DNA of 64,000 bases, taken from the NCBI GenBank assembly GCA_964016885.1, contig OZ024743.1, positions 238,824,001 to 238,888,000 of the forward strand, read 5' to 3'. The DNA is from Eledone cirrhosa. Taxonomy: Eukaryota. Made by a program: the position numbers and the translations under genes. Below, piece after piece: positions 1-14,024 of the stretch (its first letter is position 1; every line of letters begins with the position of its first letter). The notes under the pieces are model-generated. The model was not told the origin of the DNA, ran no database searches, and saw only the letters and a program-made list of their open reading frames with translations.

Positions 1-237
1 ATATATATATATATATATATATATGAAAAATGGCGTTGTTGCTAATATGAAAATATGAATAAAAATAGACCGAGAAACAAGAATGTACTTCATCAGTAGC
101 CTGCTGATTATCGTTGGTATTTCTTCGCATTAATGACTAGATACCTAAAATCAGTGCGAGCGATAACTAAATTAAGTTATCGGGACAGAGGAAAAAAGAG
201 GAAAGGAAACAAACAAATGGTAGTAATGCAACGTACG

Positions 238-255
238 AGAGAGAGGAGAGAGAGA

Positions 256-332
<77 letters not shown>
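238..332. repeat. (AG)n microsatellite
   Basis: Direct AG dinucleotide run. It is one of dozens of (TA)n, (CA)n and (AG)n arrays in the window. Confidence 0.95.
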
Positions 333-337
<5 letters not shown>

Positions 338-341
338 GTGA

Positions 342-535
342 AGGCGTGTGGCCGAGTGGTTGTGAGCTCGATTCCTGGACCGCGCGATGCGTTATGTCCT
401 TGAGCAAGACACTTTATTTAACGTTGCTCATTCTACCTGGAATTGCGACCGATAGATAGTATGGCAATTGGAAAGACCAACGGAAACATCTAACGAAATG
501 TCCGATCTAACGAAAAGCCGATCGACTGTCGTCGA
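342..535 (+). mobile_element. CORE-like tRNA-derived SINE fragment
   Basis: A-box-like GGCGTGTGGCCGAGTGG followed by the CORE-like motif TGTCCTTGAGCAAGACACTT. Confidence 0.6.
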
Positions 536-583
536 TATATCTCATATGTCATACATATATATATATATCATATATCATATATC

Positions 584-624
<41 letters not shown>

Positions 625-663
625 GAAATACTGTTGGCTTCTTGCTCACAATAATTTCTATAT

Positions 664-739
<76 letters not shown>

Positions 740-1704
740 ACATTATATATACATATATATACACAGATATAGAAATGCAGTATATAAGTATGCGCACGTG
801 TATGAGTGTATGTGTACGAACAACTCTGAAAATTTCACAAGTTATCTCGTTCTACATTCTGACAATTCTGTCATTCTTCTCTCATGGTTTTGGAAATTTA
901 TTTCATCAAACCAAAAAGATGAAAGTTAGATTTGATTTCAGAGGGATTTGAACTTAAAACATAATAAGTGTCAAAATGGCGAAATAAGTGTCAAACTAGC
1001 GAAAACTTATATCACAGAATAATTTAACTACGCTCTAACAATATTTGGAATAGCACATTTCATAACGTAATCATTTCATAAAGACATACAATTTCATAAA
1101 GTTACACAATGCCTATGATGAAATAGGTCCGGTGTAACGTCTTTAATTAAAGATCTGCTCAGTCAGAGCTGACTCGAAGGTTTAGGAAGAACATCAACAA
1201 GTGATTCTTGTCAACATTTCATGAGTCTAATAATTATTCTTGCAATATCGTAAAGCCTACCTAACCCCAAAAAACGTTTGACAATTGTTTCATTCTATTC
1301 ATATTAAATATTAAAACATATTAAACTTTAAAACAAACAGATGGGGTGAAATATCACGAGTTGGATATATTTCACTTTTCTTTTTTATACAAGAAATACG
1401 GTATGTGTAGCGCAACAGCTGCTTTCCCCACTGTGAGGGATTATGGATATTATATAGAAACCTAAACGAAAAACTAATAATAAATATATAAGATTGTCTA
1501 ACTCAAATATATTACTTTTAAATACTATTAAAAAAACAACAAAAAACGAATGTTTCTTACGCGAAACCGCTTGATATCAAATCACCTGCAACCGTCTGTT
1601 GTTTTGCGATACAAAACTGGTCGTTTTAAAATGATTATATTTATCTAAAAGAGATTCAATCATAATTTATTTAAGTTATTATTTAAACATTAGTTTATTA
1701 ATTG

Positions 1705-1862
1705 TTTCTTATTTCGGCATAATGCTAGAAATTTGGGGGAGGAGGAAATTGATTTTATCGAACCCGTAAGGATCAAAGGCAAAGTGGAGCTCGGTGAGAT
1801 TTGAACTCAGGAAGTGAAAAGCCAGAACAAATATTGCAAATTATTCCTCCGACGCTCTAAGG
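1705..1862 (-). mobile_element. Diverged copy of the ATT-tailed tRNA-derived SINE
   Basis: TTTTATCGAACCCGTAAGGATCAAAGGCAAAG...GATTTGAACTCAG matches the reverse complement of the SINE body at 12250-12460. Confidence 0.7.
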
Positions 1863-2578
1863 GCTGTCAGAAATACCAGTTTAATAAGGAGAAAGATAGT
1901 TGTATTTTTAAATCCCTCCATTCGATTCACATTAATGATACTTTATATAAATATTAAACCAAATCTATTACTTGACTTATACTATATTAGCCGACTTAGT
2001 TTGGATTTGAAGTCAGGACTTGAAGAGTTGCTATTAAATACTGCAGGCATTATGGCGAAAGCAAGCATGCTAACAAGACTCATTAACTATGATTTCTATT
2101 ACTGTCCCCCAAATGTATAAGAAAGGGCACATTAATTGGCTGACACTTCTTTTACTTATTGCTCCTGAAAGGTTCAAATGCCAAGTCAACATGGTCTGAT
2201 TTTAACTGAGAGTGAACAGGGACTTATGTGAATAAGTCAAATACAATCCCGTATGTGAATAATGAAATTATGTGAATTAAGCAAATTCATCTATCAAACC
2301 TAAAGTAGCAATCGTTATCGTTACAATTAAAACAAAGTTTGTTTCATCTAAATGAAGAAGCATTTCGCATTAACAAAGTATCGAGTGCCAAATAACTTTT
2401 AGCAAGAGTTCTCGGTCTCAAAACGCTCAAAATATTAAGTCAAAAGATTGAGGAAAAGACTTTAAAAAAAAAATGAATTATAGAAAAGTTTTGAAAAAGC
2501 GCATACGTGTATCGCACATATACAATAGAAGGTATATAAAGACCTGGTATATATTTAAATAAAAGATGTATTTATATA

Positions 2579-3452
2579 TTGGGTTAGCGTTCGGTTTTCT
2601 CGATACTAAACTTGTAATTGCATGCTTGGGATCATTCTGAAAGTGGAGAACCAAAACGAACATTATCAACATTTCATACACTTTTAATTAAAGAAAAGGC
2701 AAGAAAGTGGCGAAAATCTGCAGAAAAAACATCCACTATGTACGGAGAGGATGCTGGTACTGAACGGGTGTGCAGGAAGTTGTTTTTATGATTCCGATCG
2801 AGAAAGGTTTATATTCAAGATGCACCTAGGTCTGGCAGGCCAAATGAGATTAATATGAACAAAAATTATGCTATTTTTAGGAGAATGGTGACAGGAAATA
2901 AAAAATGGATCGTCTATAACAATTTGAAGTGAAAACAATCTTAGAGGAAGCACAGCAAACTGCCACCAACAACCTCCAAAGCAGAACTTCACTTGGAGAA
3001 GGTTATGAATTTGGTGGAATTGGATGGGTGTTATTTTTTACGAGCTTATTCAAACGGACAGAACCATAAATTCAGATGTATACTGTGACCAGCAGGAGAA
3101 ATTGAACGCAACGATTCACCAAAAGCGTCCATCACTGGCTGATTGTGAGGGCATTGTCTTTCATCATAACAATGCGAGACCGACACTTCTTTGCTTACAC
3201 CATCAGATTTCCACCTGTTTCGGTTATTCAAAAACCGACGAATGGACAGACTATAAAAGTTCACCTGGAAGACGTTTTCACTAGTAAAGACAGGAAATTC
3301 TTTGAGGAGGAAGTAATGAATCCGTCTACAAGATGGCAGAAGATACTAAAACGAAAGTATAATTATATCATTGATTGAATAAATTTGTTTCCGTTTGAAA
3401 TTCGTGCATTATTTTTGCTTAAAAAACTAAACGAACGTTTTTCCCAACCCAA
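2579..3452 (+). mobile_element. Decayed, internally deleted mariner (Tc1/mariner) DNA transposon
   Basis: TA-flanked inverted ends (TTGGGTT...CGTTCG / CGAACG...AACCCAA). Transposase remnants ENQNEH, YGEDA, DAPRSGRP, TINSDVYC, GIVFHHNNARP and RWQK, broken by stops and frameshifts. Confidence 0.88.
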
Positions 3453-3463
3453 TATAATATATA

Positions 3464-3582
<119 letters not shown>

Positions 3583-4037
3583 TTATATATATGTATATAT
3601 ATATGGGTGTGTGTGTGTCTGTACTTTTGGCAGTGTGTGTGTTTGAAATATAAATGTATATTATATAAAATATACATGAAATAACGGAGGAAGGTTAAAT
3701 AGGGATTAAATATTTCTTTCTTAATACAGTTTTTCCATTTCCTAAAGAATTTTTAGCTATTTTTTTCTATCATTTCTTCCATCTGAATTTTTAGCTATAT
3801 TTTCTTCAGAGCATGCCTCCGAAAATGTCATTAGTGGGGAAAAGTGACAGAGGGAGAAAATATTTCTCAAGAAAAGAGCTTTGGGATTTATTGAGACGAC
3901 GTACCCCTTAAAAATGGGTTTCTGTATCTCTAAGTCTTCAAAATGTGTATGTATGTAAGTATTGTGTATATGGAGGTATGTGTCTACATATCAATATGTA
4001 TTTATGTATATAGATATGCATGTATATATTTATACTC

Positions 4038-4098
<61 letters not shown>

Positions 4099-4259
4099 GA
4101 TTGGTGCTCTGAAATAGCGATATATATATATGAATGTATATAGAGTGTATTTTACAATACACTGTATGCTTAATTAAAAGCATTTTGAAGACCTTACGCT
4201 ATTGTTTTAAAGTAGTGACAATGTCACTTACTTCAATTTTCAGCTAACAAGGGGAGATA

Positions 4260-4304
4260 AGCCGACAGAGCTCTGTTTCGTACTTGTTGGTACTTATCAA
4301 AGCT
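4260..4304 (-). ncRNA. Type I hammerhead ribozyme, degenerate core
   Basis: Minus strand: AGCT-TTGATAA-GTAC caacaa GTAC-GAAAC-AG agct CT-GTC-GGCT. Confidence 0.7.
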
Positions 4305-4577
4305 CAGCACTCCTCCTGTTTGCGGAAAATTATGAATGTTGGATTCTTATAGAATTCCAGTAATAACCAGGAACTGATTATACAGAGCGGTTGCCGGTTC
4401 AGCAAAAATTGAAAATTAGAATTGGTGCTCTGAAATAGCGATATATATATGAATGTATAGATAGTGTATTTGCAATACACTGTATGCTTAATTAAAAGCA
4501 TTTTGAAGACCTTACGCTATTGTTTTAAAGTAGTGACAATGTCACTTACTTCAATTTTCAGCAAACAAGAGGAGATA

Positions 4578-4622
4578 AGCTGACAGAGCTCTGATTCGTA
4601 CTTGTTGGTCCTCATCAAAGCT
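4578..4622 (-). ncRNA. Type I hammerhead ribozyme, degenerate, second tandem copy
   Basis: Minus strand: AGCT-TTGATGA-GGAC caacaa GTAC-GAATC-AG agct CT-GTC-AGCT. Confidence 0.65.
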
Positions 4623-4841
4623 CAACACTCCTCCTGTTTGCTGAAAATTATGAATGTTGGCTTCTTATAGAATTCCATTAATATTCAGGAACTGATTATA
4701 CAGAACGGTTGCCCGTCCAGCAAAAATTGTTTGCTGAAAATTGAAGTAAGTGACATTGTTACTACTTTAAAACAATAGCGTAAGGTCTTCAAAATGCTTT
4801 TAATTAAGCATACAGTGTATTGCAAAATACACTATATATAC

Positions 4842-4980
<139 letters not shown>

Positions 4981-5146
4981 TATAGTGAAACTATAAATAT
5001 ATATATATATGCAGAGGTTATATTTAATTTGTTGGGATTCAACAAGCTTAAACATGTTTATAACAGATATAAAGCACTCAACAAGATAGTGGAGTAAATA
5101 CACAATATATTAATAAATGGAAACTATATTTATAAAACCATATTTA

Positions 5147-5208
5147 TTTTATTATATATATTTCAAGGGCAACCAAGGTAAATTATGGTGCGCTTTCATC
5201 AGATAAAA
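5147..5208 (-). ncRNA. Type I hammerhead ribozyme
   Basis: Minus strand: TTTTAT-CTGATGA-AAGCGCACC...GGTTGCCCTT-GAAAT atat ATA-ATAAAA. Confidence 0.8.
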
Positions 5209-6531
5209 TACAGATTTGTTTTATAAATAAATATTGAGATACCCGGAAAAAAGATAACCTTAACGGTTGGAGCTTCCTGGATAGTGGAGATAATATTTTA
5301 TTGAGTGTAATACAAAGGTATGAGTGAGTATGCAAATGAGTGTCCGAAAAGTTGAAAAGATAACGGTTTATTTAAATTAAACTGTTGGAAGGAGAGGGTA
5401 TGTAAGGGAGAGAGAAGGACCGGAAGGAGAAAGAGAGATGAAGAAAGAAAGAACGATTATACATAGTGATAGTGAAGATAGTCAAAGTGAACGAGGAAAT
5501 AAATTTTAATGGAAGAATAGACAGAGCGTAAATATATCTAAGTGAAAGAAGAAATGAAAGAAGGAATAAGATTAACGTGGAAGAATAATATTTAGAATGT
5601 AGGGTTCATTACGTTGTGATTATAATATTTATAATGATAAGTTGAAAAATTAAATTAAAATTAAAAATTAAAAATTAAAAATCAAAATTAAACATTAAAA
5701 TTTACTTTAATATTAAAAATTTTATTTAATATTAATATTAAAATAAAAAATTAAAATTAAAAATTAAAAATTAAAATTAAAACAGAAGTATTTATATTAT
5801 ATTAAGATGTATTAGTAATAATATATTGGTTTAGATGTGTATGTTATGGATTATAAATTATTTAAATGTATAGTATTTTACATTAGAGAAAATCTAGTAT
5901 AGTTTATTTGATTAAAGTAAGTTTGGCAAAATTATATTTATTAATAGTTGTAAGTCAAAACTTAAACATCCAAATAATTCCAAATTTATGAAAATTTACG
6001 AGAGTTTACAAAAGAATAACTACTTAATTAGATTATAAAAACAGTAAGGAAGTGTAAAGAAAGTTAGAAGTGATTTTTTAAGAACTCAAATGACTCCAAC
6101 AAAGATACATAAAAAAACCTTTTATAACAAATTTTTTTTTATTTTTTTTTATGAGAAGTCATAAATGTTATAAAGTTAAAAAATTTATCTTAAGAATATA
6201 ATTAAAACATAAACCATGTTATTTTATAAGAAGCCATAAATTTATCTTAAGAATATAAGTAAAACGTAAAACCATAGGTTATTCCACATATGTATCAAAA
6301 CCATATGTTATTCCACATATATATAAATATTTGGATATATATTAAAAATGTTTGAAGATATAAAATATTGGAAGATATGAAAATAATGGTTTTTCCATAT
6401 CTATTTGCATACTCACTCATAACTTTGTATTACCCTCAATAAAATATTATCTCCACTATCCAGGAAGCTCCAACCGTTAAGGTTGTCTTTTTTCCGGGTA
6501 TGTCAATATTTGTTTATAAAACAAATCTGTA

Positions 6532-6592
6532 TTTTATCTGATGAAAGCGCACCATAATTTGCATTGGTTGCCCTTGAAATATATTTAAAATA
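6532..6592 (+). ncRNA. Type I hammerhead ribozyme, inverted partner of 5147-5208
   Basis: CTGATGA at 6538, stem II AAGCGCACC/GGTTGCCCTT, then GAAA. The cleavage region is mutated. Confidence 0.7.
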
Positions 6593-6630
6593 AATAAGGT
6601 TTTATAAATATAGTTTCCATTTATTAATAT

Positions 6631-6697
<67 letters not shown>

Positions 6698-6719
6698 TTA
6701 TTTATATATACATATATAT

Positions 6720-6852
6720 AGGAACGAGTAGGACCCCGACGGCTGAGCTCAAGCCGTTTCGACGGCTAGTTCTGGACTCACTCTACTACCTTAAGTATTG
6801 AGTACTTTGGTGCGTTATGGTCCACCTGGTTCCTTACCACATTTCCTTCGTT
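6720..6852. mobile_element. Rearranged short fragment of the Penelope LTR family seen at 8846-9032 and 59799-59990
   Basis: Shares CTCTACTACC..AAGTATTGAGTACTTTGGTGCGTTATGGTCCACCTGGTTCCTTACCACATTT. Its first ~55 nt are inverted. Flanked by (TA)n. Confidence 0.8.
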
Positions 6853-7069
6853 ATATATATATATTTATATATATATATATATAATATATATAGTTTCATA
6901 AATGAACAGAGAACAAAAAACAGAGAGGCAGTTCAAATGATACTGTTTTTAGTTTCACGCTTATATATACATATATATATATATATAAAGAAATTTGACG
7001 CTTGTTTGCATAATTGCAAACGAATCGAATGTTATTATTAATATCGTATCGAATGTTATTATTAATAAC

Positions 7070-7337
7070 GTCGGTGGATTGGCAGTATCGGGAGAGGGTC
7101 GGACGCCATGCTTTGCAGCAAAGAGTTACGGCCCTTTATGATCTGAGTTCAAATCCCGCTATGGTTAACTTTGCCTTTCATCCTTCCTTACGGGGTAGAT
7201 AAAATAAAGTACCAGTAATGCACTGAGATAATTGCTGGCCTTGTGCCAAAAGTAGAAATAATTGTTAATATGGTAGAGGGTCGGATGCCATGCTTTGACG
7301 CATAGAGTTACGGCCCTTGCCATTTTGAGTTCAAATT
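7070..7337 (+). mobile_element. ATT-tailed tRNA-derived SINE plus a partial second head
   Basis: GGATTGGCAGTATCGG (A box) and GAGTTCAAATCCC (B box). Body TTTGCCTTTCATCC..GATAAAATAAAGTACCAG. 3' end GGCCTTGTGCCAAAAGTAGAAATAATT. Confidence 0.85.
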
Positions 7338-7649
7338 AATATTCGAAAAACTCAGATTACATTTATATATATATACATACATACAAACAGAAGCACACAC
7401 ACACACAAAGCGCGCGCGCGCGCATATATATATATATACTAGGATCGGAATTAAGAGTATTCCGCAGTTCACAGTACGAACTTAATTCGAAGTTCACAAT
7501 ACGAACTTAATTCGTATCTGCAAACTTATAGTTATAAGGTTAGTAATTTAAAACTCTACTTCAGTGATTTGATTCTGAATTAGGTTTTTTTCTATTTAAT
7601 TGCTAAACCTGTAGATATTGTTTTCTATACAGTAACGGTAAAAATCACT

Positions 7650-8419
7650 TGTAATAATCCTTAACACACATTTCACTGTGTAACACACTTCTATTTGTGT
7701 AATATATTTCTTCCTCTATATTTCCTCCTTCCCCCCATCCCTCCCTAGTCCTTCTACCCCAGTTCCTTTTCTTTGTCGTTTTCTTTGTCGTCGTCTTTTT
7801 CTCGCCCACCCGAGGTAGCCCATCGATCCCTTGTAGCTTCAGCACCCCAACCCTTTCCCCTATTCTATGATAGATTTGGCTGACTCCGCTTTTTATAGCA
7901 GAGGTGTTAGACTTCGGATACTCGCCCGCTTCTCCGACCGCTGTCCCTTTTTTCCGTGCCTTCTATATTTCTTAGTGGCATCTTTGCTTTAATTTCCCGT
8001 TTATCCAGTATTTCTTTCTTCTTTTTCCCTTTTTTTTTGGGGGGGGGGGGGGGATGTTCCTATATTAATTTTCCGTTCTTTATTTTTACTTCGTACGATC
8101 TTTCATGTAGCTTGTATAAGACTTTTTGTTTCTTGGCGGTACCCTTAGAGTTAGCTCTAGTATTTTTTTGCGGGACCCTGAATTATATTCTCGTACTAGT
8201 TTACTTTCTTGCACTGGGTGGTTGCTGGCCCTGTGATTGGGTAGAAACCTTTATTATTTCGTGGTAGTCTCTTTAGTATTCTGCCCCCCCCCCCCCCCCC
8301 CCTTTGTTGACCCGTCACCGTACGATACACGCACTTATACCTCGTATAATGGTCCCTTTATTTCCGTCCCACCTAGTTTATTTCTATTATTATTATTTAT
8401 TTTTTTATTCTACATTATA

Positions 8420-8450
<31 letters not shown>

Positions 8451-9032
8451 TAAAGATTTATTTATCTATTCTTTTATTCACTTATTTGTTTATTTATTTA
8501 TTTATGTATTTCTTTAGTCTAGCAATAGCGAGAGACTTAAGTCCTAGTAACCAGACTTCGCTTATTTATTTTTTTCTCTCTCAGTACCTTTTAGTTTTAC
8601 CCTTCATTGTTCTACTTACCGTTTCTACCTCCTCCCCCTCCCCCTCCCCAGTATCCTCTTTGACCTCACACCCAGCTGTAGCTAGCACTACCAACGCAAG
8701 AATGGGTCTACTCCACCCCCTCTCCCTTTTTCTCCTACCGGCAGGTTTAGCTACCCCTTCCCCCACCAACTTGCCATCACAGATTTACTACTAACTTGTG
8801 ATGTGACCAATCCTGGTGATTATCTCTTTGACCATATATGGAATTACCCCTTGATAAGTTCGGCTATTTAAATACCAGAATAAATTTTCATTCAGTACAG
8901 AATTAGCCGTCGAAACGGCTTGAGCTCAGCCGTCGGGTCTTACTTGTTCCTATTACCCACTCTACTACCCTAAGTATTGAGTACTTTGGTGCGTTATGGT
9001 CCACCTGGTTCCTTACCACATTTCTTTCGTTA
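7650..9032 (+). mobile_element. Probable Penelope-like 3' UTR / pseudo-LTR remnant
   Basis: Pyrimidine-rich non-coding tract ending in a hammerhead and the shared LTR tail before (TA)n. The left boundary is uncertain. Confidence 0.5.
8846..8938 (+). ncRNA. Type I hammerhead ribozyme with long stem II, degenerate core
   Basis: ACCCC-TTGATAA-..CGGCTA...TAGCCG..-GAAAC-GGC ttgagctca GCC-GTC-GGGT. Confidence 0.7.
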
Positions 9033-9189
9033 TATATATATATATATATATATATTCTTAGACATTATAGACATCTCAAACGCAGAAAATAACTAAAGAT
9101 GGTCGATTATTATAAATAATAGTTTCGAAAATCCGATACAATATATTCTAGACGGAAATAAGTGGCCGAAGAATCGGACTTTATACCTA

Positions 9190-9350
9190 TCAGGCGGAAT
9201 TTAGGTTTGCAGGGAAATGATGTCTTTTCTGGCAGAGTGGACTAAAGCAACGTTAATTATAATGTCTTGATAAAGGACACAATGCGTTACCGGGAATTGA
9301 AAACATAACCATAAGATCGTGAGCCGAACATCCTCACCACCAAGCTAGGT
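9190..9350 (-). mobile_element. CORE-like SINE, diverged
   Basis: Contains TGTCTTGATAAAGGACACAATGCG and CCGGGAATTGAA (reverse B box), resembling the reverse complement of 342-430. Confidence 0.55.
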
Positions 9351-11249
9351 ATATTCACAGAAAAATACATATATATGAAAATACACACACACGCACACAT
9401 ATATACATGCACATATACATATATACATGCACATATATACATATATACACACATATATATAAATGCACATATATATGTATGTCTGTATACATGCACACAT
9501 ATTTATATAAATCAGGATATATATATACACATTTATACATCTTTATGCATATTTATATATAAACATATTTATGCATCCATATATATATATAGATATATGT
9601 AGCCATACATATATACATATATGTATATGAACGAAATCTCTACGGAGGGGTATCAGATTTAAACTTGTCATGAATTATATAATAGGTGTCAGTGAAGATG
9701 AAACAATTTATAATTGATAGCAAAACGTTACAATCTATAAAGACTGGCTTTTGTCTTCTTTACCTCCTTCCTTCCTTTCTTCTTTCCTTCCTTATCTCTT
9801 ACCTTCCACTTGCCCTCCCCCCCCTTATTTTCCTCCTTCTTCTCTTCCCCATTCTCCTAGTTTCATTTGATTCCTTTTTCTGCACTTGACATATTTTTCA
9901 CCTTCATATTTCTTCACAATTACCATTCTTCTAAGCCTCCTTCTTCTCTCTTTATCAACATCATCATCATCATAGTCATCATTATCATCACCATCATCAC
10001 CATCACCATGAATATCATTAATCTCTTTGATCATCTTTTAATCATTCCACTCTTTCACTTTAACTCATTCTCTCTGGATATATATATATATATAGTTGTG
10101 TATAATGGTAGCTATGGTGCTTCCATACGCGGTATGCCAAAATTAGCACTCGATATTCAGCAGAGTAGAGTGTAGATAGTATAAAGAAAACGAAAAATCA
10201 GTGATGCATCTGGACCTAATTTATTGCGCGTTACAATTGTTTCGCCGGCAGCTAGCTCGAGACATGGTCCCTGTATGGATCTGGGTGATTCTACGGCTGC
10301 AGGTTCTTTCAACACGGGTAGTTCGTTCGGAGCAAATTTTTTCACTGGGGTGTTATCATCAGAAAACACCCTAAAAAAAACTCTTCCACTCTTGTCATGC
10401 CATTGGCTCTTTTTGCTCCACGTCATAATAAGTACTGGTCAGTATTTACTGCTACACGGGTCATCAGCCATTTTCCGTACGACACAATTCAATGGAGTCA
10501 TGCTGGGTTCAGTATCGCACAGGTCTGTTCACACCCCAGAGTAAGGACCCACACATACGAATATACACACACATATACACACACATGCAGACACAGACAC
10601 ATGCGTGCATACACACACGTACGCATACATGTGCAGACCCACCCACCCCACACATACATATATGTATATATACACACACACACGCTCTCCATCACTTCCA
10701 CGGATCCCGTCGCATATATATATATATATATATCGTATTATCTACATAAATTATATGTATATATACATATATATATATAATTAATACATTAACAGAGAAA
10801 GCTTTAAGCAATAGTCCGACCGACTTCCGTCTCACTCACCAAACATTAGGATATACCTTAGTATAATCCCAATTATATGTTTGGAGTGCTAACTTTACGT
10901 AATTTGCGGATAGCCAGTTGTATTATTTTATATGAGACATAATTAAATACATCCCACTTTCCAAACGATCGTTTCATTATAAGTTTTCTACAAGTTGGGA
11001 AAATAATGTCGAGGTTATGTAGAAGCCTACACATAGTCTATAGGAATATATGTAGGTGGGCACTTATAAAATCATCAGTGGATGCCCGACAATATCGATA
11101 TAAAAAAAACCCTACCGATATTAAAATTCAGCGATGGTACCCGTCAATGTTAGAGTGACCGCCAAATTTGAAATTCCAGCAGTCTCACAAAGAGAAATCT
11201 CACACCGTCACCAAGCGGGAAGGGGAGGTCATCTCAAAACATAAAAAGA

Positions 11250-12045
11250 TAAAATAATATGCTGGGTTCTGCCTGTCAGGAAACATTTGATCCACTGTAG
11301 TAACCTTCCAGAGACACCAAAATTGGATAGTTCTTTCAGTAGAATCTTATGATCAACCCTGACATTAGTGTTGGAGCCCTCTCCCAAGGCTCTCAAAACA
11401 TCGTGAAAGTGATGCAGGAGCTGCGTTGGGCAGTCAATTTCAAAACGGAATCCATGTTGGTTGGAGTTCAGCAGGCCGTTGTTTTCAAGAAAATGGGTTA
11501 TTCGTGATCTCACCACCCTCTCAAATACCTTGATAATATGAGAGGTGAGTGAGATCGGACGGTAGTTCATTGCAAGGGACTTATTTACCTTCTTGAAGAC
11601 TGGGACAACGGACTGGGACAGAAAGTTTTCAGGAATATAGCCAATGTCCTGTGAGTTCCTCCACAGATTAGCAAGAGGAATTGCAAGTTGGTGTCGACAC
11701 ACCTTCAGGACACAAGCAGGGAACCTGTCGGGGCCTACTGCTGAATTGTGTTTAATTTCGTTTATTGCCGCTGAGACATCAGGGGCGCCAAACGTTATGT
11801 CTGATATAGTGTGTTAGGGGTTAATATCAATGATACAGCCCAGATCGGCTACATCAGGGTTGCTGAAAACAGAGCAGTATTGTTTCTGCAGTATCTCGCC
11901 CATGGTTTTGGCATTGTCCTGGAGTGTGCCATTTTCATCAACTAGGGGGCCAACAGTGGAGACAGTGACCTTGTGTTATTTAGCGAATGAGAAGAACACT
12001 TTGGGGTTGAGTTTGATTTACTCAATGGCCCACCTCTCTTCAGCT

Positions 12046-12048
<3 letters not shown>
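11250..12048 (-). mobile_element. CR1/L2-group LINE reverse transcriptase fragment (pseudogenic)
   Basis: Translation PVFKKVNKSLAMNYRPISLTSHIIKVFERVV...NQHGFR...VDHKILLKELSNFGVSGRLLQWIKCFLTGRTQ, with AVGPDRFP upstream. Confidence 0.88.
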
Positions 12049-12137
<89 letters not shown>

Positions 12138-12246
12138 ATTAATTATTTTCAACTGAACCAGATCAATAATGATATATAGTTATTTGATTATATGGAATAG
12201 CGAAACAATTCTAAACGGACATTATTATTATTAATATTATTATTAG

Positions 12247-12460
12247 AGGGCAGTGGATTGGCAGTATCGATAGAGGGTCGGACGCCATACTTTGACGCAT
12301 TGAGTTACGGCCCTTGCCATTCTGAGTTCAAATCCTGCCGAGGTTAACTTTGCCTTTCATCCTTACGGGGTTGATAAAATAAAGTACCAGTAATACACTG
12401 GATAATTACTGGCCTTGTGCCAAAAGTAGAAACGATTATTATTAATATTATTATTATTAT
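12247..12460 (+). mobile_element. ATT-tailed tRNA-derived SINE, full length, inserted in an (ATT)n tract
   Basis: A and B boxes, conserved body and GGCCTTGTGCC 3' hairpin. ATT repeats on both sides. Confidence 0.88.
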
Positions 12461-12591
12461 TCTCTACATTCCTTACATCAAACTAAAATATGTTGACAAT
12501 CTTTCAATAATGTCTTCCTTGTGAAATTTGTGGTCTTGTTTTGCTTAACTAATGAATATATATATATATATATATATACATATATATATAC

Positions 12592-13265
<674 letters not shown>

Positions 13266-13274
13266 TAAGTACGT

Positions 13275-13350
<76 letters not shown>

Positions 13351-13560
13351 ATATACATATAAGTATATATATATATACATATAAGTATATACACTCATAT
13401 ATATATACATATAAGTATATACACACATATATATATACATATAAGTATATACACAAATATATATATACATACATATAAGTATATATATATAGATATGTCC
13501 CAAGGCTCTGATACCATCAACACTATACACACAGAGCTGGCATATCTAAGAACTGACTAT

Positions 13561-13614
13561 CTGCCTGATGATGTCATAGCCATTCAATGACTATCATCGA
13601 AATATATATAACAG
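13561..13614 (+). ncRNA. Hammerhead ribozyme in a short solo-LTR-like fragment (13495-13660)
   Basis: CTGC-CTGATGA-...ATAGCCATT/AATGACTAT...-GAAAT atat ATA-ACAG, followed by AATAAA and (TA)n. Confidence 0.65.
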
Positions 13615-13656
13615 TAAATAAAGGATTATGAGTTCATGCAATTGACTTATGTTTCG

Positions 13657-13775
<119 letters not shown>

Positions 13776-13878
13776 TGAAGTTTCCGTTGAAAATTGAAAA
13801 AGTCATAGGAGTGAAGAGTGCTCTATGTAAGTACAAGAGCAAAATTTAATGTATAATAAACAATACAATATAATTACC

Positions 13879-13944
13879 TCATTACCAGAGGTTTCCCTAA
13901 TAAGAGGAATACGAAAAAAACGTCCTCATTCGTTCGTCGGACAA
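13879..13944 (-). ncRNA. Degenerate hammerhead ribozyme
   Basis: Minus strand: CCGACGA...GAAAC ctctg GTA. Homologous to the 22793-22853 motif. Confidence 0.5.
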
Positions 13945-13992
13945 GGCAATATAAAACATAGTGAAATATTTGGAAAGTCTCCTCAAGAAATG

Positions 13993-14024
<32 letters not shown>

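Larger units (their letters stand above)
5102..6635. mobile_element. Fold-back Penelope-derived element with ~235-bp inverted arms, each containing a hammerhead
   Basis: 5102-5337 is the reverse complement of about 6403-6635. The AT-rich spacer includes (AAAATT)n, and the right end abuts (TA)n. Confidence 0.8.

Noticed and set aside
60-105. Minus-strand CTGATGA near (TA)n
   Set aside because: No GAAA or stem III could be placed, so it is at most a broken hammerhead.
133-929. ORFs rich in RE, YI, CV or HT dipeptides here and throughout the window
   Set aside because: They are translations of (AG)n, (TA)n and (CA)n microsatellites, not genes.
7070-7165. tRNA gene
   Set aside because: The A and B boxes belong to a multi-copy SINE head, and I could not form a complete cloverleaf.
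10157-10426. 89-aa protein-like ORF
   Set aside because: No recognisable domain or splice context. An LTR-like ending (AATAAA, TA run) is the more likely explanation.
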